Positions 9,511-21,159 are shown, numbered from the stretch's first letter. The stretch: 64,000 nt of DNA from an uncultured Acidobacteriota bacterium (GCA_963836735.1 CAWIKP010000025.1:253757-317756), one strand, 5' to 3'. The notes: generated by a model not told the origin, from the sequence alone. Program-made: numbers and translations.

Positions 9511-12500
9511 TTACGGGTTGACCACCGCTTTCCCTGCCATCTGCTTGTTGAACGCCGGGATCGCGCTCGAGAGCAGGCTTTCGAAACCAGCCTTCGCTTT
9601 GGCCAGGTCCTGCTCAATCACCTTCAGGACCTGCGAACTGCGTATCGGTCGGCCGGTAATCGATGCTTCCCGCTTCGTCGCTCGCGCCCATGCCGACGCC
9701 GCCACTCAGCCAGATCAGGTTCATGTAGACCTTGTAGGCTTCGGGGAAGTACTTGTCGTCGCTCAGCATCTCCGAGCGCGACACCAGCTTGCAGCTCGAC
9801 CTTCAGGATGGCTTCGTTGAGCTCGCTCAACACGGGCACGACATCACGCTTCCCCGCATTGGTCTTGACCTGATCTTCAATCTGCTTCCGCCAGACCTCC
9901 ATGCGGTTGACCATCCGCGACGTTTCGGTGATCGTCGTCGCGGATGCGCACCTGCGTCGCGGTTGAAAGGCTCAGGTCTTCCACCGATGCGCCGACCGCA
10001 GGATCCTTGATCACCTCGAACGGCTGCGTGTAGGCGGTGCCGTCCACAGTGACCTTGACCTGGTACTTGCCAGGCGCGGCCATGGGGATGCCGGTCTGCG
10101 GCGTAATGCCCCAGTGAGTGATGGCGCGCGGATGTCGGTGCCCTGGAACCTGGGCTCTTCCCAGATGTAAGGATTCTCCGGCGGCGTCGTCTTCAGCGCG
10201 ACGAGCGTTGGCGGATCGTAGCGAAGATCCCAGTCGATGCCGTTCCAGCCCTGATGGCCCACGACCTGCTGCTTCTTCACGTGCGCTCCGGCGGCATCGA
10301 CGATCTCACATCGAGCGGACGCGACGGTGCGGAAGGCAGGAACAGCGCGAAGTGCGGACGTCCGGACTGCGTGAACACGCTCCGGGCCTGCCGGAAGATC
10401 GGCGCAGGCTCGAGCAGCCTGGCGGTCGTCAGCTTCGGAGCCGTCTCTCCGGTCTGCTCGAGCAGCGCGATGTTCGGCAGGATGAAGAGGCCGCGGCCGT
10501 AGGTCGACACGACGACGTCGTGGAACCGCGGCTCGACGGTGATCCAGCTCACCGGGGCCGGCGGCAGGCCGTCCTTGAACTGCGTCCAGGTCGCGCCGTC
10601 ATCGAGCGAGTAGTAGAACGCCCGCCCGGTGCCGGCGAAGAGCATGCCTTTCCGGTTCGGGATTTCCCGAGAACGACAGCACGTAATCGAGCGGGTGGCC
10701 GGACGGCAGATTGCCGGTTACGCTGCGTCCAGGTGGCGCCGAAGTCCGTGGACTTGTAGATGTACGGCTTGCGATCGTCCATCAGGTGAAACGCGACGCG
10801 ACGTGTAGACCGTGCCGGGATCGAAGGTCGACGGCCAGATCTGCGTGAACGTCGCCCCACGCCGGCAGGTCCTTGAAGTTCTTCGTGACGTCGATCCAGT
10901 TGGCGCCGTCGTCGTTCGTGTACCAGAGCTTGCCGTCGTTGGTGCCGGCCCAGATCAGCCACTGCTGGATCTTCGAATACTCGATGGCCCACACCACCTG
11001 CGCCGTTGTACTGGCCGAGGTTGTCGCCGACGATGCCGCCATTCGACACGATCTTCGACGTGATCCTGCGTGGACAGATCCGGACTCAGCTCGGTCCATG
11101 ACTGGCCGCCGTTGGTCGGTCTTCAGAATCAGCTGGCAGCCGTAGAGCACGTTCTTCGTATCGAATGGATCGATCGCCATCGGCGCGGTCCAGTGGCAGC
11201 GGTACTTCGTCTCGTTCGGGGGCGAGTCGAGCGTGATCATCCACGGCTCGATCGAACGTGCAGTGCCCGTCCGCGCATCCCAGCGCGTCACTTTGTTGCC
11301 GTAGCACGACGCGTAGACGATGTCGGCGTTGGTGGGATCGGGAATCGTGAAACCCGGACTCGCAGCCGCCGATGTTCGGCTGCCATTGCAGACCGCCGCC
11401 TCCGCCGCGCACCTCCACCTCCACCACCGCCGAGTGCCTGCGGCTGCTGGATTTCGGCCGCCGCGCCAGGCTGTTGCGGTGCAGCGGCCTGGCCTCCTGC
11501 ACGTCCGCCCGGGTGGGCTGATCCGTGGCCGCTCCCGCTGCACCGCCCCGCCCTCCAGCGGCGCCGCCACCCCCACCGCGGCCTCCCCGGCCGCCGGCCA
11601 CGGGTTGCGGCATGGTGCTGCCCGCAGGCAGCCGGCCGTTGCCGGTCTGCTCGGAGACCGTCATCGGCCCGCGCATCGTGCCGTCGTCCTGACGGTTGCT
11701 GTAGATCCAGTAGGGAACGCGGTTGTCGACGTGCACGTGATACATCTGCCCGTTCGGCAGCGACACGCGGACGATCCCCTGACGCGTGTTGATGTTCGCG
11801 CCGCCATCGTCCACGAGCGACGTAGCGCACGGGATCCTTCGGATCGATCCAGACGTCGTGGCAGTCGCCGCAGCTTGCCTGTCCCTGCGTGAACGGAAAG
11901 GGCCCGCCGCCATTGCCGCTGAAGGTCTTTCCGCCGTCCTGCGAGCGGTGCATGCTGCTGCTCATGACGAAGACGTCGTCGGGATTCTGCGGATTGACGA
12001 CGAGCCGGATGTAGTAGCCGGCGCGGCCGATCAGCGAGCGATCCCAGCTGACCACCTTCCAGGTCGCGCCGCCGTCGTCCGACCGCCACAGCGATCCCTG
12101 ATTGGCGGTCTGGATCAGCGCGTACATCCGCTTGGTGTTCGACGGCGCGATCGCGACGTCGATCTTGCCCACCGGCGGCTTGGGCATGCCCGTCGGTGAT
12201 CTTCGTCCACTTCGCGCCGCCGTCCTCGAGTGATGTAGACGCCGCTGCCGGGTCCGCCGCTGAACTGCCCCAGGTGTGCTGCTCGACCTGCCAGGTGCCG
12301 GCGATGCAGGATGTCCGGATTCGTCGCGTCCATCGACAGCCCCGAGCAGCCGGTGTTGCGGTCGACGAACAGAACGCGCTGCCACGTCGCACCGCCGTCG
12401 GTCGACTTGAACACGCCGCGCTCTTCCTGCGGTCCGGTCAGCCGTCCCTGCGCGCAGACGTAAACGATGTTGGGATTCGTCGGGTGAATGAGGACGCGGG

Positions 12501-12958
12501 AGATGCGGCCGGTTTCGGGCAGTCCCATGTGCTTCCAGGTCTTGCCGGCGTCCGTCGGACTTGTAGACGCCGTCGCCCATCACGTCGCTGTAGCGGATGA
12601 CCCACGGCTCGCCGGTGCCGACCCAGACGATGTTCGGATCGGAATCGGCGACGGCAATGGAGCCGATCGCCGCGACCGGCTGATCGTCGAAGATCGGGAC
12701 GAACGTCTGGCCGCCATCGGTGGACTTCCACACGCCGCCGGACGCGGAGCCGAGGTAGTAGGTGTTGGGATCGCCGGGCACGCCGGCGACGGTGGCGATT
12801 CGGCCGGCCGGCGCGGGCCCCATGTAGCGGAACTTCATCGGCTCCGGCGTGCTCGCCGGCTGCGGACCGCCAGGACCGCCGCGCTGAGCGTGCGCGGCGG
12901 CGGCAAAGCCGGTCAACGCAACCAGCGCGAGACTTGCGACACGGCGACAACTGCGCAT
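9511..12958 (-). pseudogene. BNR/Asp-box (sortilin/Vps10-like glycosyl hydrolase repeat) secreted protein, fragmented by at least 8 frameshifts
   Basis: Signal peptide MRSCRRVASLALVALTGFAAAAHAQ at the top. Repeated S/T-x-D-G-G-x-T-W motifs (WKSTDGGQTF, YKSTDFGATW, WRSDDGGATW, FKSTDGGATW). These are spread over ORFs 9511-9705, 9624-9914, 9877-10083, 10011-10280, 10277-10645, 10549-11049, 11288-13033 and 12115-12528, in alternating frames. Confidence 0.5.
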
Positions 12959-13098
12959 CCTCAACTCCACAAACCGAGCCGCTGGCGCGACTCCAGAACC
13001 CGGACGGCCGGCAGACGGCCGCGATCCAGGCAATCGCGGCGTCGATTCGATACCGCGAGAAAGCGCGAATTATAGCGCCGGCGATCTTCTTTGGGGGA

Positions 13099-13464
13099 TC
13101 AGGGTTGGGCGATGGCGAAGCTGCCGACCGCCTCGTCGATTGAATCGAAGCAGTCGAACACGTCGAGGAGCTGCGTAATCGTCATCACGCGATGACTGCG
13201 TGAGGTGAGATTCGCGAGCTTCATGTCGCCGCCGCGCCGCCGAACACTGAGGAACCGGCCGACGAGCACGCCGATGCCGGCACTGTCGATCGACGTGACC
13301 TCACCGAGATCGACGACGAGATGGAGGCGGTTCTGGGCGACGAGGTCGTTCACGGCGTCGCGGAAGATGGCATCGCCGTCCTCGAGGACGAGGCGGCCGC
13401 TGAGATGCAGGACCGTCACGGCGTCGCGGTGCTCCAGCGTGATGACCAGCGCCGCACGCGTCAT
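13099..13464 (-). CDS. STAS-domain anti-sigma-factor antagonist (SpoIIAA/RsbV-like)
   Basis: MTRAALVITLEHRDAVTVLHLSGRLV...VDLGEVTSIDSAGIGVL. ATG at 13464 overlaps the upstream gene stop (ATGA). Confidence 0.7.
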   Translation of the reverse strand: MTRAALVITLEHRDAVTVLHLSGRLVLEDGDAIFRDAVNDLVAQNRLHLVVDLGEVTSIDSAGIGVLVGRFLSVRRRGGDMKLANLTSRSHRVMTITQLLDVFDCFDSIDEAVGSFAIAQP

Positions 13465-13919
13465 TGGACGCGCACCCGCGCAGGTTCCTCGACGAAGTGG
13501 ACGGATTGCACCGAGCTGGTGACGATTCGGGTGCCGATGGCGTAGACCTCGAGCGCGAAGCCGCAGTAGATGCCGCGCAGCTTGAGGAAGGCCCCGCCGA
13601 GCGAGCTGCCGAGAATCACGGCGCGGGTCGGCTCCGGGAAATACTTGCCGCCGCGCACAATCGCTTCGCCCGTGCGGGCGGTTACGACCGTGATGTGGTA
13701 GACGGTGTTCATCGTCCTGACGAACAGCACGTCGAGATCGCGGAGGGCATCGACCTGGACGCCGTCGGTCCACGGCCGCTCGACCCATGTGTCCAGGTGC
13801 GCAGCCGGCTGCAACGCACGGGTGCGGACTGGGACGATTCCGGTCGCTGTCGGCGGAGTCTTGGACACAGTCCTGCGTATTATGAACCCGGGCGTGCCGG
13901 AGCGCGAAATGCTGCGCAT
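13461..13919 (-). CDS. Hypothetical protein translationally coupled upstream of the STAS gene
   Basis: ORF with a plausible C-terminal half. The start is uncertain because the full ORF would abut the divergent gene at 14005. No recognisable family. Confidence 0.3.
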   Translation of the reverse strand: MRSISRSGTPGFIIRRTVSKTPPTATGIVPVRTRALQPAAHLDTWVERPWTDGVQVDALRDLDVLFVRTMNTVYHITVVTARTGEAIVRGGKYFPEPTRAVILGSSLGGAFLKLRGIYCGFALEVYAIGTRIVTSSVQSVHFVEEPARVRVQ

Positions 13920-14004
13920 TTCGGCCAATTCCTGACGATCCCGACGCCGATCCGTTCCTGCCGCCGACGTGTTATGGTCCGCAGCAATCAACTGAAGGAC
14001 TTCG

Positions 14005-16227
14005 ATGCCGAATCAGATCAGCCGCCGTGACTTTCTCTACGTAACCGCAGGCGCGAGCGGATTGCTGAGCGGGAGTGGAATTCCCCCGCTGGAGCTGGAC
14101 GCCTCGCAGACGCCGGCCTCCGCCACGCCCGAGGTGCCGGCCGGCTGGTTCGACCGGCCGATGCGGTGGGTTCAGCTGACCCTGGTCGAGAACGATCCCG
14201 GACGCTTCGATCCGGCCTTCTGGCTGGACTATTTCCGTCGCCTCCACGCCGACGCCGCCACGCTGAGTGCCGGCGGCATCGTGGCGTATTACCCGACCGA
14301 GGTCCCCCTCCACCACCGCAGCGCGTGGCTCGGCACCGGCGATCCGTTCGGCGAGCTGGTCAAGGGCTGCCGGACGATGCAGATGAACGTCGTCGCGAGG
14401 ACGGACCCGCACGCGGTCCGCGACGAAGTCCGACAGGCCCATCCGGACTGGATTTCGGTGAACCGGAACGGCGAACCGCTGCGCCACTGGGCGAACCGGG
14501 ATCTCTGGGTCACCTGCGCACTCGGACCTTACAACTTCGAGTTCATGGACCAGGTGCACCGCGAGATCGTGACCAGGTACAAGGTCGACGGCATCTTCTC
14601 CAACCGGTGGGCGCCGCAGGGAGGCGACTGCTACTGCGTGCACTGCCAGAGGAACTTCAAGGATGCGACCGGCCTCGAGCTGCCCCGTACAACGGACCCG
14701 CGCGATCCAGGCCGCCGGCAGTATCTCGAGTGGCGCACCGCGAGGCTCATCGAGTTGTGGAAGCGCTGGGATGCCACGGTCCAGGCGGCCAACCCGGACG
14801 CGCGCTACATTCCCAACGGTCCCCCCAGCATGAAGTCGGCCGGTGAGCTGGCTGCGATTCAGTTCACCGACAACCAGGCGCGGCGAGGACTCACACCCCC
14901 ATGGAACAACGGGCGCCGCGCGAAAGAGCTGCGATCGGTGATGGGACGCCGGCCGATCGGCGGCATCTTCAGCGTTGGCGTGGAGGAGCCGTACCGGTGG
15001 AAGGACTCGGTCCAGAGCGAGCCCGAGATCCAGCTCTGGGTGGCCGAGGGCACCGCCAACGGCATGCGCCCCTGGGTCACGAAGTTCTCGGGCGTCCTCT
15101 ACGACCGCCGCTGGCTGCCGGCGGTCGAACGGATCTACGACTGGCACTACCGTCACGAACGCTATCTGCGAAACGAGTCGCCGGTCGCCGCAATCGGCCT
15201 GCTCTACTCGGAGCAGACCGGGCGCTACCATCCTGGTGTCGCCGCTGGCGATCGCGCCGAGGATCACGTGCTCGGGATGTACCACACGCTCATCGAAGCG
15301 CGGATGCCCTTCGAGCTCGTCCACGAGGCGTTCCTCACGCCGCAGGCGCTCGATCGCTTCAAGGTGCTGGTCCTGGCCGACGCGGCCGCGCTCTCCGACG
15401 CGCAGTGCGAGGCGATTCGCCGCTACGTCGATCGCGGAGGGAGCGTCGTTGCCACTTTCGCGAGCTCGCTCTACGACGAATGGGGCCAGCAGCGGAAGGA
15501 CTTCGGTCTCGCCGATGTCTTCGGCGTGTCGTTCGCCGGGCGCATCGAGGGGCCGATGCAGAATTCCTATCTGAATCTCGACGCCGATCCGTCAACCCGA
15601 ACGCATCACGCCGTGCTGCGCGGGCTCGAGGACGCGCCGCGCATCATCAACGGCGTATTCCGCGTCGAGGTGCGGCCGACTACGGAGTTCCCCTCGCCGA
15701 TCACGCTGGTGCCGTCGTATCCGGACCTGCCGATGGAAGATGTCTACCCGCGCGTGCCTCGCACCCAGACGCGCGAACTGTACCTGCGCGAAGTGGGACG
15801 CGGCCGCGTCGCCTACATCCCGTGGGACATCGATCGCACGTTCTGGGAAGTGCTGTCGCCGGATCACGGAAGGCTCCTCCACAACGTCCTGACCTGGGCG
15901 ATGAATCAGGAACCCGCTCCGGTCGAAGTCGACGGACGAGGCGTCGTCGACGTGACCGTGTGGCGGCAGCGGGACTCGATGACGGTGCACCTCGTAAACC
16001 TCACGAACCCGATGATGATGAAGGGTCCGCTGCGGGAGATCATTCCGATCGGACCGCTCACGGTTCGGGCCCGCGTGCCGGGAGGGTTGCGCGCCACCAA
16101 GGTCAAGCTGCTCACCGCGGGCACCTCCGCCGCGCCGCAAGACGCTGCCGGCACCATCACGGTGAAGGTCCCAAGCGTAGACTTCCACGAAGTCGTCGCC
16201 ATCGACCTCGAGCCGGCGAAGCGCTAA
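14005..16227 (+). CDS. TAT-secreted glycoside-hydrolase-like protein (GH42/beta-galactosidase-trimerisation-like or GHL family)
   Basis: Twin-arginine signal RRDFLYVTAGAS. Intact 740-aa ORF. Fold resembles (alpha/beta)8 glycosidase plus a glutamine-amidotransferase-like trimerisation domain. The antisense ORF at 13972-15324 is judged spurious. Confidence 0.6.
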   Translation: MPNQISRRDFLYVTAGASGLLSGSGIPPLELDASQTPASATPEVPAGWFDRPMRWVQLTLVENDPGRFDPAFWLDYFRRLHADAATLSAGGIVAYYPTEVPLHHRSAWLGTGDPFGELVKGCRTMQMNVVARTDPHAVRDEVRQAHPDWISVNRNGEPLRHWANRDLWVTCALGPYNFEFMDQVHREIVTRYKVDGIFSNRWAPQGGDCYCVHCQRNFKDATGLELPRTTDPRDPGRRQYLEWRTARLIELWKRWDATVQAANPDARYIPNGPPSMKSAGELAAIQFTDNQARRGLTPPWNNGRRAKELRSVMGRRPIGGIFSVGVEEPYRWKDSVQSEPEIQLWVAEGTANGMRPWVTKFSGVLYDRRWLPAVERIYDWHYRHERYLRNESPVAAIGLLYSEQTGRYHPGVAAGDRAEDHVLGMYHTLIEARMPFELVHEAFLTPQALDRFKVLVLADAAALSDAQCEAIRRYVDRGGSVVATFASSLYDEWGQQRKDFGLADVFGVSFAGRIEGPMQNSYLNLDADPSTRTHHAVLRGLEDAPRIINGVFRVEVRPTTEFPSPITLVPSYPDLPMEDVYPRVPRTQTRELYLREVGRGRVAYIPWDIDRTFWEVLSPDHGRLLHNVLTWAMNQEPAPVEVDGRGVVDVTVWRQRDSMTVHLVNLTNPMMMKGPLREIIPIGPLTVRARVPGGLRATKVKLLTAGTSAAPQDAAGTITVKVPSVDFHEVVAIDLEPAKR

Positions 16228-17723
16228 CGGCCCTGGTCCCGGATCGCCTGCAGGCGCGCCTGGAGCTCTTTCACCTTCTCCGGGTGTTGCTCGACGAGAT
16301 TCTGGCGTTCTCCGGGATCGCGGCTCAGGTCGTAGAGCTGCGGCACGGTCTCGTTGCCAAGCTCGGTGTTCGTCTGCTCGTTCATCTTCGGCCGCTTGCT
16401 GGCCTCGATGAACTTCCATTGCCCGCTCCTCAGCGCCTGCCCACCCGCCTGCTCGATCAGCTCGGTGCGCCCGGTCTGTGAGGCTCCCAGAAACGCGGCC
16501 ATGGTGTCGATGCTGTCCGGCGCTCGAGCGCCGGCGAACGGCTGCTTCAGCAGCGCGGCAAAAGACGCGAGGAAGTCAACCTGCGACACGAGCGCGGCGG
16601 ATGTGCCCGGCTTGACGCGGCCCGGCCAACGCAGGATGAACGGCACCCGCGTGCCGCCCTCGAAGTGACTGTACTTGCCACCGCGGAACGGACCCGACGG
16701 CGTGTGGCTTCCGAGCCTTGCCACGGCGTCGTCTCTGTAACCGTCGTCCACGACCGCGCCGTTGTCGCTCGTGAAGATCACGATGGTGTTGTCGGCGAGC
16801 TTCAGCCGGTCGAGCGTATCGAGGACCTGGCCGACCGACCAGTCCGCCTCGACGATCACGTCTCCGCGCGGTCCGAGCGACGTCCGGCCCACAAACCGCG
16901 GGTGTGGCACCCGCGGGACGTGCGGATCGTGCAAGGCAAAGAAGAGAAAGAACGGCCTGGTCCGCTGACGCTCGATGAACGCGACCGCCTTCGACGTGAA
17001 GACATCGGCCATGTCCTCGTCTTTCCAGAGCGCGGCGGCTCCGCCCTTCATGTATCCGATCCGGCTGATGCCATTGACGATGGTCTGGTCGTGGCCGTGA
17101 CTCGGGATGACTTTCAGCAACTCGGGATTGGACTTGCCGGTTGGCAGTGAGGGAAACGGCTCGGAATAGCTGACCGCGATCGGATCCGCCGGGTCGAGCC
17201 CCGCAACGCGGCGGTTCTCCACGTAGACCGTCGGCACGCGATCGCCGGTCGCCGCCATGATGAACGCTTCGTCGAATCCAATCTCCAGCGGCCCGGGGGT
17301 GATGTCCCCGTTCCAGTTCGGGCCGCCCTTCGGCCCCAGCCCCAGATGCCATTTCCCAATCACGCCGGTGACGTAACCGGCCCCTCGCAGCATCGACGCC
17401 AGTGTCGGCCGGCCCGGCTCAATCACCAGCGCCGCATCCCCCGGCAGCACGCCGGTCCCGGGCTTGCGGAACGCGTACTCGCCAGTCAGCAGCGAATAGC
17501 GCGACGGCGTGCAGGTTGCGGCGCTCGAGTGCGCATCGGTGAAGCGGAGACCCGCCTTCGCGAGGCGATCGACGTTGGGAGTGGACAGCGCTTTCGCGCC
17601 ATACGCGGAGACGTCGCCGGAGCCGAGGTCGTCGGCGTAGATCAGGACGATGTTCGGGGTCTGGGCAGAGACGGTGGTAGCCGCGGCGAGCAAGAGAGTG
17701 GCGATCGCGAGTCGCTTGTCCAT
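16224..17723 (-). CDS. Arylsulfatase (formylglycine-dependent sulfatase)
   Basis: Signal peptide. C-T-P-S-R formylglycine motif at CTPSRYSLLTG. Metal-binding DDLG motif. 499 aa, intact. Confidence 0.85.
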   Translation of the reverse strand: MDKRLAIATLLLAAATTVSAQTPNIVLIYADDLGSGDVSAYGAKALSTPNVDRLAKAGLRFTDAHSSAATCTPSRYSLLTGEYAFRKPGTGVLPGDAALVIEPGRPTLASMLRGAGYVTGVIGKWHLGLGPKGGPNWNGDITPGPLEIGFDEAFIMAATGDRVPTVYVENRRVAGLDPADPIAVSYSEPFPSLPTGKSNPELLKVIPSHGHDQTIVNGISRIGYMKGGAAALWKDEDMADVFTSKAVAFIERQRTRPFFLFFALHDPHVPRVPHPRFVGRTSLGPRGDVIVEADWSVGQVLDTLDRLKLADNTIVIFTSDNGAVVDDGYRDDAVARLGSHTPSGPFRGGKYSHFEGGTRVPFILRWPGRVKPGTSAALVSQVDFLASFAALLKQPFAGARAPDSIDTMAAFLGASQTGRTELIEQAGGQALRSGQWKFIEASKRPKMNEQTNTELGNETVPQLYDLSRDPGERQNLVEQHPEKVKELQARLQAIRDQGR

Positions 17724-17939
17724 GGTTCTGAGCCCATCCCGTCAGTCGGCCAGATACTCTATCCGGCCAGCAGCATCAGGCCAATTGACGACCGCCGTCA
17801 AATGCCGTGGCCGCCGGTTCGGCCGTTCGCGGGTGAGAGCTGTGTAGGTGCGACTGGGGGCTGGGGACTGGGGGCTGGGGACTAGCGATCAGGGACTAGC
17901 GATTCCGGGCGGCACCCCTCCCAGTGCCGCCCAAGCCGC

Positions 17940-18254
17940 TTACCACCTCGGCTCGCGCCGGCCGCCGCCTCCGCCGAAGCCGCCACCACCGCCACCGGAA
18001 CGCGCCGGCATCGGCTTCGCTTCGTTGACGGTCAGATTCCGGCCGCCGAAGTTGTGATCGTGCAGCTGCTCGATCGCGCGCTGCGCTTCTTCTTCCGTGG
18101 CCATTTCGACGAACCCGAAGCCGCGCGCGCGGCCGGTGGCCATGTCGCGCATGATCTTCACGCTGTCGACGGTGCCGCAGCCTGCAAACAGCTGCTCGAC
18201 ATCCTGCTCGCCCGCGGTGTACGGAAGGTTGCCCACGTAAAGTTTTCTACCCAT
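17940..18254 (-). CDS. RRM-type RNA-binding protein with a glycine-rich tail
   Basis: RNP2 LYVGNL and RNP1 RGFGFVEM motifs. C-terminal GGGGGGFGGGGG. Confidence 0.85.
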   Translation of the reverse strand: MGRKLYVGNLPYTAGEQDVEQLFAGCGTVDSVKIMRDMATGRARGFGFVEMATEEEAQRAIEQLHDHNFGGRNLTVNEAKPMPARSGGGGGGFGGGGGRREPRW

Positions 18255-18470
18255 TGCTGACTGTTCTCACTTCTGCTCCGTATCGTGGAGCCACGTTGTG
18301 GTTGAAAATCCGCCCGTGCGGATCCGAGATGGAGCGGGCAAGGCTCAGCAGTCTACGTTGCGGGGAAAAGAGGGTCGGGGGGACGTCGTTTCGGCGCGGC
18401 ACGCGGGCTACGGCAGGAGCTGCCTTCCACCTATCGGCCGAGAGCATATCACGTTCCCCAGGCAGCCGAC

Positions 18471-20150
18471 TTGCAATACCCTGCTGTTATGGCTTCCCGA
18501 CCGATTCCCGCTCACCGGTCCCCTTCGCCGGGACCCGGGCGCCGCCGTGGCGCCCGCCACGACTCGGATTCCCTGATCGACTGGACCCAGCCCGATCAGA
18601 ACGCCCACGTGCTCGACTGGCGGCAGCGGGCCCATGAATTCGGGATCGTTCCCGCCGACGAGTCCGACGAGACGGTCGTGCTCCCGGCCCGGCAGCTGGT
18701 CGAAGAGGACGACCCCGAGGCCTTCGACGACCAGATGATGGAGGAAGGCGACGAACCGCTGCGCGCGGAGACCAAAGAGGACGACGACGAAGAGGAAGAA
18801 ACGCCGCAGCCGGGACCGGCTCGTGAAGATCTCGATCTCGTGCGCGTCTACCTGAAACACGTGGGCCGCCGCAAGCTGCTCAAGGCCAAAGAGGAGCAGG
18901 AGATCGGCGGGCGCATCGAGAAGGCGCGCGGCGAGCTGCAGGCCACGCTCGGGATGATTCCGTGCGCCGTCCGCACCCTGCTGGCATTGGGCGACCAGGT
19001 GAAAAAGGGCGCGCCGGCGGCCGAGCTCATCCTCCTGCCCGACGGCGGCGAGCTCAGGCAGGATCACATCGCGCCGATTCTCAAGGCCTTCGACCGGATC
19101 CGTCAGGCGCGGCAGAAAATCGACGAATGGACCCGCAAGTGTGAGGACCATCGATCCACGGCGGCGTCGCGTGCCGCCTACCGCAAGGAGATCGAGGCCG
19201 CCGAGCAGCAGATTGCCGGACTGCTGCGCGACATGCCGCTGCGCCCCTCGCTCGTCGAGGACATCACGAACCGGCTGCGGGAGAAGAGCGCGGAGTTCGA
19301 CGAGATCGAGAACCTGCCCCGGCCGGCGCGGACGGCGGCACGGCAGGCGCTCGAGGAGCGGACCGGCATGCCCCGCCGGCGGTTCTGCGAGATCGCGGAG
19401 CGGGTGTGGAAGCAGGAGGAAGCGATTCGCGAAGCCAAGCGCGAGCTGCTCGAAGCGAACCTGCGGCTGGTGGTGTCGATCGCCAAGCGCTATTCGAATC
19501 GCGGCCTGTCGCTGCTCGATCTGATCCAGGAAGGCAACATCGGGCTGATGAAGGCGGTCGACCGCTTCCAGTTCCGCCGCGGGTTCAAGTTCTCGACCTA
19601 CGCGACGTGGTGGGTGCGCCAGGCCGTGGGCCGCGCGGTCGCCGATTACGGCCGCACCATCCGCCTGCCGGTGCACGTGATCGAATCGCTCAACCGGCTC
19701 ACCCGCGAGCGGCGCACGCTCGCCGCCGAGCTCGATCGCGAGCCGACACCCGAGGAGCTTGCCGTGCGCATGGAGCTGCCGGTCGGAAAGGTGCAGCTGC
19801 TGCTCGAGGCCTCGAAGTCGCCGACCTCCCTCGAAGCGCCGGTCGGCGAGGACGAAGAGACGCGGCTCGGCGACCTGGTGAAGGATGCCGCCGCCCAGTC
19901 GCCGGAAGAGACGGCCATGCGCAACCAGATGGCGGTCGAGGTCGAACGGGCGATGGCGCCGCTGACCGATCGCGAAAAGGAAGTGATGCGCCTGCGCTAC
20001 GGGCTGGGCACCGATCGCGAGCACACGCTCGAGGAAGTCGGCCGCCGCCTCTTCATCACCCGCGAGCGCGTCCGCCAGATCGAAGCCAAGGCGCTGGCGA
20101 AGATGCGCGGCAGCCGGCGGCCGGGCCGCCTAGGCGAAACCGTCCGGCAC
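18471..20150 (+). CDS. rpoD: RNA polymerase sigma-70 (RpoD); the 3' end is unresolved because the ORF reads through to 20741
   Basis: Acidic region 1.1. Region 2.4 motif [16 protein letters not shown]. Region 4 [27 protein letters not shown] motif near 20145. The last approximately 200 codons are low-complexity and probably result from a lost stop or an indel. Confidence 0.8.
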
Positions 20151-20784
20151 CCGAGCCTGACTGCGTGCCATGTTCGCCGCCCGCCAACTCCGGCTCCGAG
20201 TGCTGGAAGCGCTGGAGCACCCGGGTCAAGCAGTTCCTGCGGCGCGACGAATTGTGGCCGCTGCGCGTGCCCCGCGAGCCGCTGCTGCTCGACGACATCA
20301 TCCGTCACGCGCTCGCCGACGACGCCGGCCGGTTCGACCCGGAGACGCTTCGCGCCCGCACGCTGCTGTCGCTGCGAATGGGCGGACGGCAGCTGGTGGC
20401 GCGCGTGGGTCGGCGTGCTCCCGTCAGGGCTGAAGATCTACTGCGATTCCGGCGAGCATGAATCGCGCGTCCTCGCGTCGGGCGGACGCAACGAAGGGGA
20501 CGACAGCGACCGCGCGTTCCTCGCAGCTCTTCGGAGAGTCGGCCGGAGGCCATTTCGGCATCGAGATGTCGGGCGGCGCGCCCCGGTCGGTACGCTCGCC
20601 GTTGCCACGCGAGCTGCTGGTCGAGATGTTCGTGAACCTGTTCGAAGTGACCGGAGCCGAAGATTCCGTTCGCGATCAGCTCGGCGCGTTCGAGACGAGG
20701 CGCGGCGATGGGCCGGCCGCAGGCCGCGACTTCCAAGCTGACGTCGAACGAGTGGCTCGACGCCGCGCTGCGGCCGGCGCTCGC

Positions 20785-21159
20785 TCATTTCTTCGCCGGA
20801 ACCCTGACCGCCGTCCAGGTCCCGTCGCCGGCGCCCTCGTAGTCCACGTCCCCGCTCATTCGATCGTTCTCGTAGGTGCCGCTGAAGACGCCGGACACGG
20901 TCGTGCCCTCGGCCACCACGGTCACGGTGAACTCGACGTGATTCTCCTTGACCGTACCTTCGAGATTGGACTTGCCGTAGCGGCCCTCGTAGGTGCCGGT
21001 GATCTTCTCACCGTCCTGCTTGAACGTCACGAGCGGCCGGCCGGTGCCCACGGCCAGCTCCACGGTGAACTGCCACTGACCGGCGATGTTGGCCGGCGCT
21101 GCCGAGACGAGAACGGCGGTGATCAGGACGAGGAAGGCGGCCCGCGCTGAGCGATACAT
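20785..21159 (-). CDS. Small secreted beta-rich protein (hypothetical)
   Basis: Signal peptide MYRSARAAFLVLITAVLVSAAPA, then an approximately 100-aa Gly/Thr/Val-rich beta pattern. Confidence 0.5.
   Translation of the reverse strand: MYRSARAAFLVLITAVLVSAAPANIAGQWQFTVELAVGTGRPLVTFKQDGEKITGTYEGRYGKSNLEGTVKENHVEFTVTVVAEGTTVSGVFSGTYENDRMSGDVDYEGAGDGTWTAVRVPAKK

Noticed and set aside
18471-20741. A 756-aa RpoD with a 200-aa C-terminal extension
   Set aside because: The extension after region 4 is low-complexity Arg/Ser/Cys-rich with no sigma features. It is probably a read-through artefact.
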